Assembly: GCA_964536455.1 (NCBI GenBank)
Contig: CAZHXV010000001.1
Span: forward strand, 1,760-65,759
Direction: 5' to 3'
Length of the DNA stretch: 64,000 nucleotides
Source: an uncultured Aquimonas sp.
GTDB lineage: Bacteria; Pseudomonadota; Gammaproteobacteria; Xanthomonadales; Xanthomonadaceae
Numbering within the stretch: the stretch's first letter is position 1; every line of letters begins with the position of its first letter. The position numbers and the translations under genes were made by a program. The notes under the pieces are model-generated. The model made no database searches, was not told the DNA's origin, and was given only the letters and a program-made list of their open reading frames with translations. This document shows positions 1 to 10,572 of this stretch, one piece after another.

Positions 1-1
1 T

Positions 2-340
2 GCGCCGCAAGGCGCGGTGGTCAGTCTCGCGTGCGATGCGCAGGCCGCCACGCCGGTGCCGGTGCAGCGCTGGGCCATGCCCACAACATATGCCGTCAAC
101 CCAGGCGTGAGCCTGGATCGCGCCGCTACCCTGATCAGCGCCACCGACGGCAAACCCGATCCCGGGCACGAAACCGTGGAGAGCGCCGGCAATTTCTACC
201 TGTTCGACAATGTCGCCAATTGCGTGCTCTGGTCCTATCCGACGCCGATGATGAACTGGCCGATGGCGGTCGCCGCCAACGGGCAGGCGATCGTGGGCGC
301 CAGCGACGATGGCAGCGTCTACTACTGGGCCAGGTCGTGA
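2..340 (+). CDS. C-terminal part of a WD40/beta-propeller-like protein (5' end outside window)
   Basis: Open frame from the window edge; ends ...AVAANGQAIVGASDDGSVYYW, a WD-like blade; stop overlaps next start (GTGA 337-340). Confidence 0.55.
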   Translation, partial: APQGAVVSLACDAQAATPVPVQRWAMPTTYAVNPGVSLDRAATLISATDGKPDPGHETVESAGNFYLFDNVANCVLWSYPTPMMNWPMAVAANGQAIVGASDDGSVYYWARS

Positions 341-1758
341 TCGAAACATCGATGGCTGCGGCCGCAGCCCGATGGCCGCGCTGGCTCAAGGGCCTGGCAC
401 TGGCCATCGCCTGGGTCGGCGTCTGGGGTATCGGCCATCTCGGCGAGTTCGCCACCCACGCCAGTCTCTGGTATCCGCCTGCGGCGCTGACCTTCGCCAG
501 CCTCGCGGTGCTGGGGGCGCGCGTGATTCCCTACCTGGTGCTGGCCTGCTTCGGCGGCACGCTGTGGTCGTTGTCGATCTATCACGTCGATATGGCCTGG
601 ACCGGCGTGCTGGGGTTCGGGCTGGCCAATGCGATCGCTCACATCGGCGGCTATGCGCTCGGCGCCTTCGTACTCCGCCGCATCGCGCGTGAACCGGGCC
701 ATCGGCTGCCGAATCAGATCATCGCCTTCCTGGTCATTGCCACGCTGTCCTCGGCGCTGGTCACCGTGGGCGTGATCGCGACACTGGTCGCCTTCGATCA
801 ACTCGGCCCGGAAGGGCCGGTGGCGACCGCGCTGGTGTTCTGGATCGGCGATTTCGTCGCCCTGGTCGTGCTCGGCCCGCTGTTCGGCGCGGTGCTCCTG
901 CGCCTGCTCCGGCGCAGCGAACTGTGGGCGGAGGCGCATGCCTTCCTGCATCGCGAGCGCCTGCGCAGTACGTTCGGCTACAAGCTGCTCTTCAATATCG
1001 CGCTGGTGATCCTGGTCATGCTGATCGCCCATCGCGGCCAGAGTTACGAAAGCGCGTTTCTGATCTTCTTCGTGTTGATTCCGCAGCTGTGGCTGACGTA
1101 CACGGAATCGCCCATGGCCACTACGGTCAGCCTGGCCGCGATCAGCTTCGTGGTGGTCCTGCTGTTCTGGTTGCTGGAGCTTGGGCAGTTCGTCTACATC
1201 TATCAGCTGGCGATCGCGATCATCGCGACGACCGCCTACTTCGGCCTGGCGATTCCCCTGCTCGAAGCATCCAATCGCCAGTTGCGCCAGCGTCTGATGT
1301 TCGATCCGCTGACCGGCGCCGCCACGCGCGACTACCTGATCGAGAAAGTGCGGCTGGCGGAGCGGGCAACCGAGGCCTCGACGGATGCCCTCGCCATCAT
1401 CGATCTCGATCGTTTCAAGGAGATCAACGATACCTGTGGCCATCGGCTGGGCGACCAGGCATTGATTGCGCTGGTGGAAACGCTGCGCGCGCATGCGCGC
1501 GCGAGCGATGTCGTCGCGCGCTTCGGCGGGGACGAGTTCATGATGCTGTTGCCGGGATGCGATCGCGACAACGCGAGAACGCGCATGCAGGCCGCCATTG
1601 GCGCGCTGCGCGAGATGCGCATCGACGGCGACATGCGCCTGACCGCAAGCGTCGGCATCGCCATTCGCCGCCCCGACGAGCCCTTCGACAGCTGGTTCGC
1701 CCGCGCCGACCAGGCGCTCTACCAGGCCAAGCAGGCCGGTCGTGACCGGGTGGTATGA
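337..1758 (+). CDS. Membrane-bound diguanylate cyclase (MASE1-like multi-TM domain + GGDEF)
   Basis: About 9-10 hydrophobic segments followed by DPLTG, IDLDRFKEIND.CGH..GD, ARFGGDEF, ADQALYQAKQAGR; start GTG 337 or ATG 352. Confidence 0.92.
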   Translation: MIETSMAAAAARWPRWLKGLALAIAWVGVWGIGHLGEFATHASLWYPPAALTFASLAVLGARVIPYLVLACFGGTLWSLSIYHVDMAWTGVLGFGLANAIAHIGGYALGAFVLRRIAREPGHRLPNQIIAFLVIATLSSALVTVGVIATLVAFDQLGPEGPVATALVFWIGDFVALVVLGPLFGAVLLRLLRRSELWAEAHAFLHRERLRSTFGYKLLFNIALVILVMLIAHRGQSYESAFLIFFVLIPQLWLTYTESPMATTVSLAAISFVVVLLFWLLELGQFVYIYQLAIAIIATTAYFGLAIPLLEASNRQLRQRLMFDPLTGAATRDYLIEKVRLAERATEASTDALAIIDLDRFKEINDTCGHRLGDQALIALVETLRAHARASDVVARFGGDEFMMLLPGCDRDNARTRMQAAIGALREMRIDGDMRLTASVGIAIRRPDEPFDSWFARADQALYQAKQAGRDRVV

Positions 1759-2042
1759 GCCGGAAGTGGAACAGGGGTGGGAGCAATGCCGGGGTCAGGT
1801 TCACTTCCCGCTGCGCCAGGTGTGCCTGCGCCAACGTGCCGAGAAAGGAGACGCTGCGACAGTCCCCTTCGCAGAAACGCAGACGAAACCGGGCAGAGAT
1901 GGAAATTCCGGCGCGCAGCCTCCTTCGCAGGTGCGGCGGAAAGCCCGCCATTTCGCGGGATTCCGGGCAACAAAAAACTGCTGGGAGCAAGTTTTTGACA
2001 TCGCGAAGCGATGGCCCGAAGGGTTGTCGCCATGGATGGCGG

Positions 2043-2077
2043 CAACAAAAAACCGGCCTGAGAGCCGGTTTTTGTTG
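2043..2077. terminator. Bidirectional rho-independent terminator-like hairpin
   Basis: CAACAAAAAACCGGC-CTGAGA-GCCGGTTTTTGTTG inverted repeat with A/T tracts on both sides. Confidence 0.7.
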
Positions 2078-2214
2078 AAACTTGGTGGTGGAGTCAGGGG
2101 CTAGCGCGAACTCTTCTCATGCACGCACGCGGAGACCGTCTCGCGGCGTGACAGCACTGCGCGGATTGTAGGGAAAATCGCAGCGTTCCTACCACCTCCG
2201 CACACATGGCAATT

Positions 2215-2875
2215 TACGGGCGGGTCGGCTATGCCGACGCGCCGTGCCTGATCGCCACCGACGATGAGAGCTACACCTACAACAAACCGGATCAATCGCA
2301 TTTCGACGATTCAGGAGCATCACATGCTCCGGCGCGCAGTCGAGCGCGGCGTGCCCATCACCAAGCTGGCATCGGCGCTGAACGTGGACACCAGCCACAT
2401 CCACCGGAAGGTGGGCCTGCTCGACGGCATCTGCGCCGAAGCCGTCGATCTGCTGAAGGATCAGCAATTCTCCGCCAATCTGTCCACGGTGATCCGCAAG
2501 ATGAAGCCGACGCGCCAGATCGAGAGCATCGAACTGATGATCGCCGCCAACAGCATCACTGTGGCCTATGCCGAAGCCCTGCTGGCGGCCACACCGCAGC
2601 ACCTGCTCGTCGGCGGGCAGAAACCCAAGAAGCTCAACGGAGTCACCGCCGACCAGATGATGAAAATGGAACGCGAGATGGGCAACCTCGAAGGGCAGTT
2701 CAAGCTGGCGCAGCAGTCCTACGGTCAGGACGTGCTGAACCTCGTGCTGGCCAAGGGCTTCCTCGCCAAGCTGCTCGACAACAAGGCGGTGGCGCGGTTC
2801 CTGTCGCAGCGGCAGCCGGATGTGATGGTGGAGTTCCAGCACATCGTGGAGACGGTGGCGTTGGATAAGGGGTAA
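2215..2875 (+). pseudogene. Truncated, frameshifted ParB/RepB-like partitioning protein (RepB C-terminal domain)
   Basis: Conserved CLIATDDESYTYNK (frame of ORF 2206) continues as RINRISTIQEH...LLDGIC.EAV.LL (frame of ORF 2264); one extra base at about 2284-2290; N-terminal ParB domain missing. Confidence 0.75.
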
Positions 2876-3011
2876 ACGCAACGCTTACGCCACAGTGTCA
2901 ATGCAGATCGAGAATTTGCATCGTCGTACCTATTTCCTCAACAGGCGTGAATTTGGCGATCAACTTGATGGCATCGGATAATCTGCTGCCCGTCTCCCGG
3001 ATCTGTGCTTG

Positions 3012-4685
3012 ATGCCATTCCACCTGATCTGCGAACTCGATGACCTGAGGCGGCGCTTCCAACTCGGCGATGCGGAAAACCAGTATCTGCTGGGCAGTGC
3101 TCCCGACTGCGAGCTGCATCTACCGTTTCCCACCGTGTCGCGCCACCACGCCCGGCTGCACGTTGCCGCCGACGGCATCCACATCGAAGACCTGGGTTCC
3201 AGCAACGGTAGTTTCGTCGATGGTCAGCGACTGGCCGGGCGCTTTCGGATCAGCGCCGATTCCCGAATCCGGCTCGGTTCGATAGCGGCGCGCCTGCAAC
3301 CGATCGCCGCCGATGACGCCTCGCTGGCGGTGGCGCTGCACATGAGCCGGCACGACGGCAGTCAAGCCATCCAGAACACCCTGCCATCGACGCGCAGCGA
3401 CGGTCTGGGCGGCGCTGCCTGGGAACGGTTGATCGCATCGCTGGCACGAACCGAGTCCCTTCTTGCCCGCGCCGGCCACGTCGGTGACGCACTTCTCGGC
3501 AGCGGCCTGGCCGATAGCGTGGAAATCATCGACTGCCGTTCCGGCGACGGTGACGATGCCCGCATCCTGCTGCGGCAGGGCAACCCTGCCGCCAGCTCCA
3601 TCTGCCATGTCGAACACGGCACGCTGCGCCTGCACGCCAGCGGCGAACGGCTTGACCCCGCACTGCTGCGCGCCCTGTTGCGACTGCTGACATTGGGGCG
3701 CGAACCAGCCACGCCGCCACCCGATGCCGCCCACGTTCCGACGGTGGCCGACGATGACTGTGGCCTTGCCGATGCGCGGATGCGCGAGATCTACCGGCGT
3801 GCCCGGCGGGTCGCCAGCAGCGACCTGAACGTGCTGATCCGGGGGGAATCGGGTACCGGCAAGGAAATGCTGGCGCAATTCATCCGGCAACACGCTGGCG
3901 ATGCGCGACCCTATGTCGCCCTCAACTGCGCCGCGCTGGCTCCGGATCTGATCGACGCGGAACTGTTCGGCATCGAACGCGGCGTGGCCACCGGCGTGGA
4001 AGCGCGACCGGGCAAGTTCGAGCAGGCCCACGGCGGCATCGTGTTCCTGGACGAGATCGGCGACATGAGTCCGCCCACCCAGGCTCGCCTGCTGCGCGTG
4101 TTGCAGGAAGGCGAGGTCACCCGCATCGGCGGCAGTCGGCCTCGACCGGCACGGGTGCGGGTAATCGCCGCAACCAACCAAGATATCGACACCGCCGTGG
4201 CCGAAGGGCGCTTCCGCCTGGATCTGCTGCACCGGATCGCCGACTGGCAGGTCACGCTGCCGCCGCTGCGCGAACGCTCGCAGGACATTGCGCTGCTGGC
4301 CGGGCGCTTTCTCGAACAGGCGTGCCGCGCGCGCGGTATCCGAATCAGCGGCATCACCCGAGCCGCCCATGCCGCCCTCATCGCGCACGACTGGCCGGGC
4401 AACGTGCGCGAACTGCAACGGGAAATGGCGCGCGCCGCCGTGTTCCTGAGCAACGACGATGCCCTGAGCCAACTCGACCTGAGTGTCGCGCTGCGCGGTG
4501 ACCCGACGGAGAGCGGGAAGGATCTGGCCTCACAACTGGAAGCTGCCGAACGGCGCATCCTTCGCACCGCCATCGCCGTCGCCGATGGCAACATGAGCGA
4601 TGCCGCCACGCGGCTGGGCATCGCCCGTTCGACGCTGTACCGGCGCATGGAAGTGCTGGGTCTGCGTGAACGGGACGCCGACTGA
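3012..4685 (+). CDS. FHA-domain sigma54-type enhancer-binding protein (FHA + AAA+ + Fis HTH)
   Basis: FHA motifs LGS..C...VSRHHA...DLGSSNGSFVDG; Walker A GESGTGKE; FLDEIGD; WPGNVREL; C-terminal AATRLGIARSTLYRRM; GAFTGA loop reads GVATGV. Confidence 0.92.
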   Translation: MPFHLICELDDLRRRFQLGDAENQYLLGSAPDCELHLPFPTVSRHHARLHVAADGIHIEDLGSSNGSFVDGQRLAGRFRISADSRIRLGSIAARLQPIAADDASLAVALHMSRHDGSQAIQNTLPSTRSDGLGGAAWERLIASLARTESLLARAGHVGDALLGSGLADSVEIIDCRSGDGDDARILLRQGNPAASSICHVEHGTLRLHASGERLDPALLRALLRLLTLGREPATPPPDAAHVPTVADDDCGLADARMREIYRRARRVASSDLNVLIRGESGTGKEMLAQFIRQHAGDARPYVALNCAALAPDLIDAELFGIERGVATGVEARPGKFEQAHGGIVFLDEIGDMSPPTQARLLRVLQEGEVTRIGGSRPRPARVRVIAATNQDIDTAVAEGRFRLDLLHRIADWQVTLPPLRERSQDIALLAGRFLEQACRARGIRISGITRAAHAALIAHDWPGNVRELQREMARAAVFLSNDDALSQLDLSVALRGDPTESGKDLASQLEAAERRILRTAIAVADGNMSDAATRLGIARSTLYRRMEVLGLRERDAD

Positions 4686-4731
4686 GTGCGGTCGGCGTCC
4701 TCCGATTCGCCGCCTGACGTATCCTGCGGCC

Positions 4732-7700
4732 ATGTCGCCAGAATCGATCAACCTGCCCGACCAGACCCTGTCGCCGTTGGGCGAAGGTGCGATGGCGCGT
4801 GTGTATCGCGCCGAGCATCCGCGTTTCGGGCAGATCGCGATCAAGGTGCTGCGGCACGCCAGTGCGGACGCCTGGCGTCGCCTGCAACGCGAAGCGAGCG
4901 CACAGGCACGGCTGAATCATCCGAACATCCTGCGCATCTTCGGCTTCGGCAGTTTCGAAGGGCAGCCGGCAATCCTCATGCAGCGCATCGATGGCCGTCC
5001 GCTGGATGTCGTTGCCGCCGAATTGCCGCTGGAAGCGCGCATCGACCTGCTGTTGACCGTCTGCGATGCGGTCGAACACGCCCATGCTGCCGGTTTGATC
5101 CACCGCGACCTCAAGCCCGGCAACGTGCTGGTCGAGGAGCGCGACGGGCGCTTGCACCCCTTCGTGCTGGATTTCGGCCTGGTTCACGACACTGCCGCGT
5201 GCAGTCTGACCGGCGCGGGCGAACTGCTGGGCACGCCAGCCTACATGTCGCCGGAGCAGGCGCGCGGCGATGCGCGGCACGTCGATCGGCGCTCGGACGT
5301 GTTCTCGCTGGGCGCAATCCTGTTCGATCTGCTGACCGGACGGCCGCCGTTCCAGGGGCGTTCGGTGTCCGACGTGCTGGGGCAAATACTCGGCAACGAC
5401 GCACCGCTGGCACACCGGGTCAGCCGCAGCGTGCCGCTGGCGCTATCGCGCATCTGTGCGCAATGCCTGGAGCGCGATCCGGCCCGCCGGTATCCCTCGG
5501 CGGCGGCGCTGCGGCAGGATTTGCAGCACTGGTTGCGCGGGGAATCGCTGCGTGCGCGTTCGATCGGCCTGCGCTACCGTGCCGCGCGCTGGCTGCGCCG
5601 CAACCGTGTCGCTGGCTGGTCGCTGGGTGTAGCCTGTCTGATCGTTTTGCTGGCGGCGGGCTGGAGCCTGCATGCCCGTCGCATCGCTGCCGAGCGCGAG
5701 GAGCAGGTCGCGCGACTGGCCGAGGGTGGTGAATCGCTGCGCCAGCGAATGCGACTGCTGCGGCTGGCTCCGGCGCAGGATCTGTCTGCCGCCGTCAGCG
5801 GCCTGAACGAGGAAATGCGCGCCCTCGAACAGCAGGCCACACGCCTGGGCGAGGCGGGTGCGAAACGCACCCAGCGCGCATTGGCCCAGGCCTGGCTGGA
5901 TCTGGAACACCCGGGAAAAGCCATCGCCGCCTTGCAGTCCTGGCTGGCGCATACGCCGCACGATGCCGCCGCGCTGCGGCTGCTGGCCGAAGCGCAACTG
6001 GCGCATTACCGCGACATCAGCGCCGCGCTGTCGGATCTGTCCAGCGAAGAAATCGCCGAGGTGCTGGGTGCGGAAGGGCGGGCCCTGCGCGAGGGCGCAC
6101 GCGATGCCCTGCAACGCGCCAGCCGGATCGATCCGGCGGCCTCGCCGCGCGCCCGCGCCGAACTGGCATTGCTGGAACGCGACTTCGATGCGGCCCTGCG
6201 CGCTGCCGATGACTACCGCCCCGGCGATCTGGCCGACTACGCTGGTCTCGCGTTGCGCGCCACGATCCTCGCCGCACAGGCGCGCGTCATCGACAGCAGC
6301 GGCGACCAGCAACAGGCCGCTGCCATCAGTCGTGACGCCTTGCAGCACTTCGAGCAGGCACGGCAGGTGGGTCGCAGCGATGGTCGGCTGCTCGAAGCCG
6401 CCTGTCGCGCGGCCGCCCGCGACGTGCGCATCCAGGGCCGCAATGGCGTCAAACCACCCACCGCGCCGGGTGCATTCCAGCCCGCCTGCGACGAAGCCAT
6501 CCACGTCCGTCCTGATCGTGCCGGAAGCTGGTCAGCACGGGCACTGGCCTGGAGCGCCATCGCTGCGGTGCGCGCCACTGGCAAGGACGCCAGCGGCGAA
6601 CGCCGGGCGCTGGAATCGATGCACGACGACGCCGTGCAGGCGAGCCGACGCGCGGGAGCGCGCCCGGAACCGACGCTGCTGCTGGCACGCGCCCAGATAC
6701 GCATCGCGCAGTTGCGCCAAAGCGGCTTCGCAGCCAGCCTGGCGGGCTACGACCAGGCCATCGCCACCCTGACCGGCCTGCTCGCACAGCATCCGCGCTA
6801 CGTTCCGGCCCTGCACGAACTGGGCATTGCCTATCGCCAGCGTGGGCGCCTGCGCGCCAACTTCAAGCAGTCGCCGGGCGAAGACTACGAACTCGCCGTC
6901 GGGGCGCTGGACACGGCGCGCCAATTGCAGCCCGACGCCGTGGCCCTGGCCGACGATCTTTCGCTGACCTACGTGTTCGCGTTCTACGACCAGCGCACGC
7001 GCGATGCGAAGGCAGCCCGCGCGCTGGGCGAGCGCGCCGTCGCCGTGCTGGACGAACTGCTGGCGCGGCAGCCGGATCACCCCGACATTCTTGCCACCCA
7101 GATCGCCAACCTCGCCGATCTCTGGGCCTTCCTGCGCTCGCTGGCACCCGGTGCTGCGCCGACGTCCGACGCGCCGCTGCGCGCGCGCGCGCACCGGCTC
7201 GCCGAACACTTGCGCCAGATCGCACCGCAGCGGCTGGATGGCTACACATCATCGGCGATGCTGGAGATCACTGCAGCCGAATCAGCGCATGATCGCCAGC
7301 TGTCCGAAGCCACCGCACTTGAGCGCGCGGGAACGTTGCTGGCCCAGGCCAGATCGGTCGGACTCGCCGTGCCGGACGGTATCGATGCCTGGTTCGCCAC
7401 CGAGCGCCTGCGCGAAACGCTGCTGTCGGCGGACGCGCAAGCGGAGGCCGCATTGCACGCAGCCAGCGCCGCCCTGGCTCCAGCGTTGGCGAACGACGCC
7501 GACGTCGATGCCCAGATGTTGGCGCAACTCACCGAACTGCAACTGGCCGTGGCCGAGTTGCAATGGCGGCAGCGCGCCGGACGACCGGTCGCCGCCGTCA
7601 TTGCGCGCGGACTGGCGCGCTACCAGCGTCTGCGCGACAGTGATCGCGACGTAGGCACCGCCCACTGCAATGGCGGCGAGCTGTTCCTGTCTCGCGCGCG

Positions 7701-7851
7701 GCTCGCATCGGGACGTGCACGCCAACACGACGCCGAGCAGGCGTCGGTCGCATTCCGTGCCTGCATCGACATATCGCCCTTGTCCCACGCCTTCCGCCGT
7801 CCCGATCTCGACGCCGCGCAGGCACTGCTGGCTTCCGGCGCATCGCACTGA
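4732..7851 (+). CDS. Hanks-type Ser/Thr protein kinase with TM segment and long TPR-like helical C-terminus
   Basis: LGEGAMARVY, AIKVL, HRDLKPGN, DFGL, GTPAYMSPEQ, SDVFSLG; TM (WSLGVACLIVLLAAGWSL); Ala/Leu-rich helical repeats. Confidence 0.93.
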   Translation: MSPESINLPDQTLSPLGEGAMARVYRAEHPRFGQIAIKVLRHASADAWRRLQREASAQARLNHPNILRIFGFGSFEGQPAILMQRIDGRPLDVVAAELPLEARIDLLLTVCDAVEHAHAAGLIHRDLKPGNVLVEERDGRLHPFVLDFGLVHDTAACSLTGAGELLGTPAYMSPEQARGDARHVDRRSDVFSLGAILFDLLTGRPPFQGRSVSDVLGQILGNDAPLAHRVSRSVPLALSRICAQCLERDPARRYPSAAALRQDLQHWLRGESLRARSIGLRYRAARWLRRNRVAGWSLGVACLIVLLAAGWSLHARRIAAEREEQVARLAEGGESLRQRMRLLRLAPAQDLSAAVSGLNEEMRALEQQATRLGEAGAKRTQRALAQAWLDLEHPGKAIAALQSWLAHTPHDAAALRLLAEAQLAHYRDISAALSDLSSEEIAEVLGAEGRALREGARDALQRASRIDPAASPRARAELALLERDFDAALRAADDYRPGDLADYAGLALRATILAAQARVIDSSGDQQQAAAISRDALQHFEQARQVGRSDGRLLEAACRAAARDVRIQGRNGVKPPTAPGAFQPACDEAIHVRPDRAGSWSARALAWSAIAAVRATGKDASGERRALESMHDDAVQASRRAGARPEPTLLLARAQIRIAQLRQSGFAASLAGYDQAIATLTGLLAQHPRYVPALHELGIAYRQRGRLRANFKQSPGEDYELAVGALDTARQLQPDAVALADDLSLTYVFAFYDQRTRDAKAARALGERAVAVLDELLARQPDHPDILATQIANLADLWAFLRSLAPGAAPTSDAPLRARAHRLAEHLRQIAPQRLDGYTSSAMLEITAAESAHDRQLSEATALERAGTLLAQARSVGLAVPDGIDAWFATERLRETLLSADAQAEAALHAASAALAPALANDADVDAQMLAQLTELQLAVAELQWRQRAGRPVAAVIARGLARYQRLRDSDRDVGTAHCNGGELFLSRARLASGRARQHDAEQASVAFRACIDISPLSHAFRRPDLDAAQALLASGASH

Positions 7852-8025
7852 CCCTGGCTTCATTCATGGGCAAATGGGCTTTCCGGCTTCAGGAAAAACA
7901 TGCCTTCCGCTGTGGGACAGGAGAAATGTCCGGATTTTCGACGGTTTCCTGTTTTTACGGGTACCGCCCGGATTCGGTAGCCATTTCCGTGCCCCTCCAG
8001 ACCGTTCCCCTCCAAGGAGACACTC

Positions 8026-8811
8026 ATGCGCATTCTCATTCCCGCCCTGATCCTGCTGCTGGCTGGCTGCGGTGAGCAACAGCCTGCGAATCCGTCCTCG
8101 CCCGTCGATGCCGTGCGCCAGGCCGCCGAGACCGCCGCCGCCAAGACACCGCCGCAGTCTGCCGCGCTGCAACCGGGGCAAAGCGTGCAGGGCATGATCG
8201 AGGCCGATGTCGGGAAGGGTACGCAGTCGTTCCGCTCCCTTTCCACGAAGGTCGCCGACGATCTGGACAAGCAGATCGAAGAAAAGCTGCGGGCCGGCGA
8301 GGGCCAGCGCGCCCTGAACGAGGCCAACCGCACGCTGCGCGATTCGGGCGTCAAGCAGGAAGTGAACGCCGATCAGGTGCGGGATTTCATCAGCGGCATG
8401 GCCGGCAAGACCTTCCATGATTCGGTGGTGCAGCACATCGGCATGATCCATCAGCTCAATGTCACCCTGGGCGGCACTGCTGCCGACGGCACCAAGCTCT
8501 CGCTCGATCTGAACTTCGACGACACCAGCCTGCAACTGAAAGCCGCCAGCCTGACCTATACGCCCGATCCTCGCGCCATGTTCGACAGCTACCGCGCCGA
8601 TGACGATGCGCCGCCGCAGGTGACGATCGAACGCTTCGAGAAGAACCCCGATGGCAGCTACGCATTGGCCGGCAGTTTCCGCGCCCAGAATGTGCCAGCG
8701 TCGCCGATGGCCAGGAAGATCAAGGGCAAGACTCTGGCCAGTGCCGAAGGCCACTTCGCCTTCGAGGCGCTGCCGTTCCGCGAACTCAACCTTGGCGGCG
8801 TGAAACGCTGA
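8026..8811 (+). CDS. Lipoprotein of unknown function
   Basis: Signal peptide with lipobox LLLAG-C; AAGGAG RBS; GC3-biased codons. Confidence 0.8.
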   Translation: MRILIPALILLLAGCGEQQPANPSSPVDAVRQAAETAAAKTPPQSAALQPGQSVQGMIEADVGKGTQSFRSLSTKVADDLDKQIEEKLRAGEGQRALNEANRTLRDSGVKQEVNADQVRDFISGMAGKTFHDSVVQHIGMIHQLNVTLGGTAADGTKLSLDLNFDDTSLQLKAASLTYTPDPRAMFDSYRADDDAPPQVTIERFEKNPDGSYALAGSFRAQNVPASPMARKIKGKTLASAEGHFAFEALPFRELNLGGVKR

Positions 8812-8847
8812 AACCTGCCGCACTTTCACCTGACTTTGGAGCATCCC

Positions 8848-10572
8848 ATGCGTCGCACTCCGTTGTTGTGTTCGTTGCTGTTCCTGGCCGCCCCTGCGCT
8901 GGCCGACGAAAACGTCATGCTGGTACTGGACGCCTCCGGCTCGATGTGGGGCCAGATCGCGGGTCGCAGCAAGATCGAGATCGCGCGCGAGGCCGCCGAC
9001 CAGATGGTGTCGAACTGGGATCAGGCCAATCGGATCGGCCTGATCGCCTACGGCCATCGCCGCAAGGGCGACTGTTCCGATATCCAGACCCTGATCCCGC
9101 TCGGCCCGCTGCAAGGCGACGTGTTCATGGATACGGTGAACGCGCTCAATCCCAAGGGTATGACACCGCTGTCGCAGGCCGTTATCGATGCCGCGCAGGC
9201 GCTCAAGTCCGGCGAGCAGAAGGCTACGGTGATCCTGCTCAGCGATGGCGAAGAAACCTGCAAACTCGACCCCTGCACGGTGGGGGCGGAACTGGAGCGT
9301 AGTGGCGTGGATTTCACCGCGCACGTGATCGGCTTCGACGTGCAGGATCCCGCCCATCAGGCGCAGTTGCGTTGCCTGGCCGAGAACACCGGCGGGCGCT
9401 ATTTCAACGCCCGCGATGCGCAGGAATTGAGCCGCGCGATGCAGGGTGCGGTGGGCGTCAGCACCCAACCGCCGCCGCCACCGGCGAGTGCCACGCTGGC
9501 CCCGCAGGGCCAGGCCGTCATCACCCAGCCACTGACCGTGACCTGGACCGGACCGGCGGATGAGGGCGACTACATCACGGTGGTGCCGCACGATGCCCTC
9601 GATGGCCACTACCTGACCTACGCCTACGTGCCGGAAACCGAAGGCGACAGCAGCGGCAACGTCACCTTCCCGATGCCGGCCACGGCGGGCGATTATGAAC
9701 TGCGCTATGTCAGCCCCAGCCGTGAAAAGCAGGTGTTGACGCGGGTGGCGCTGACCATCGGCGATCTCGAAGCGGTGATCGACGCCCCGGAAACCGCCGT
9801 GGCCGGTACCACGCTGACGGTGATTACACGCGGCCCGGTGGCGGGCGAGCACTGGGTCGGTTTCGTCCAGCCGGGCAAGGATGCAGCGGCCTACATCAAC
9901 AATCACTACGCGCGTCTGGGCACCAGCGGCGAGCCGTTGGAGATCAAGGTGCCGGGCGAAGTCGGTGAGTACGAATTGCGCTACGTGCTCAACGAAGGCG
10001 AGCGCGTGGCCTATTCGCGCCCGATCAAGGTGGTGGCCGCCGAGACGAGGGTCGATGGCCCGGCGGAAGTGATGGCCGGCGATCTGGTCACCATTCAGGC
10101 CACCGGCCCGCTCGATGGCAGCCATTGGATCGGTTTTGCCCCGGCTGGCAGCGAGGCCGGGGCCTACATCAACAACGCCTACTACCGCCCCGAAGCGGCC
10201 AGCGGCAGCGGCGTTGTCACCGCGCCGTTCGAGCCGGGCGATTACGAATACCGGTACATCCTGTTCGAAGGCCAGACCATCGCCGCCTCCAGACCGGTGA
10301 AGGTGTTGCCGGCGAAAGCGACACTGCAAGTGCCGGCCACGGCGTCCGCCGACAGCGAAATCGACGTCGGCTTCAGCGGCCCGCGCCATGGCAGCAACTG
10401 GATCGGCATCGTGCCGGTCGGCGGTGACGGCAGCGAATACAGGGGCTGGGAGTACGTCCCTGCGCAAGGCGACTACGTGCGTTTCCGCACGCCCGAGCAG
10501 GCCGGTGACTGGGAGGTGGTGTTCATGCAGAACAACCAGGTGCTGGCGCGGCAGCCATTGCGGGTGCAGTGA
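8848..10572 (+). CDS. Secreted von Willebrand factor A domain protein with tandem Ig-like repeats
   Basis: Signal peptide; MIDAS DASGS, GMTPL, LLSDGEETC, HVIGF; 3-4 repeats of V...GP....WIG.......G.YE.RY. Confidence 0.88.
   Translation: MRRTPLLCSLLFLAAPALADENVMLVLDASGSMWGQIAGRSKIEIAREAADQMVSNWDQANRIGLIAYGHRRKGDCSDIQTLIPLGPLQGDVFMDTVNALNPKGMTPLSQAVIDAAQALKSGEQKATVILLSDGEETCKLDPCTVGAELERSGVDFTAHVIGFDVQDPAHQAQLRCLAENTGGRYFNARDAQELSRAMQGAVGVSTQPPPPPASATLAPQGQAVITQPLTVTWTGPADEGDYITVVPHDALDGHYLTYAYVPETEGDSSGNVTFPMPATAGDYELRYVSPSREKQVLTRVALTIGDLEAVIDAPETAVAGTTLTVITRGPVAGEHWVGFVQPGKDAAAYINNHYARLGTSGEPLEIKVPGEVGEYELRYVLNEGERVAYSRPIKVVAAETRVDGPAEVMAGDLVTIQATGPLDGSHWIGFAPAGSEAGAYINNAYYRPEAASGSGVVTAPFEPGDYEYRYILFEGQTIAASRPVKVLPAKATLQVPATASADSEIDVGFSGPRHGSNWIGIVPVGGDGSEYRGWEYVPAQGDYVRFRTPEQAGDWEVVFMQNNQVLARQPLRVQ

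Noticed and set aside
2083..2170. Intact tRNA gene
   Set aside because: Only a CCA-like end; no proper T-arm (GTTCRANYC), anticodon arm or D arm
2953..2970. Sigma54 promoter before the FHA activator (TGGCGATCAACTTGAT), and searches upstream of 8026
   Set aside because: The -12 GC is replaced by GA; no convincing GG-N10-GC site upstream of 8026
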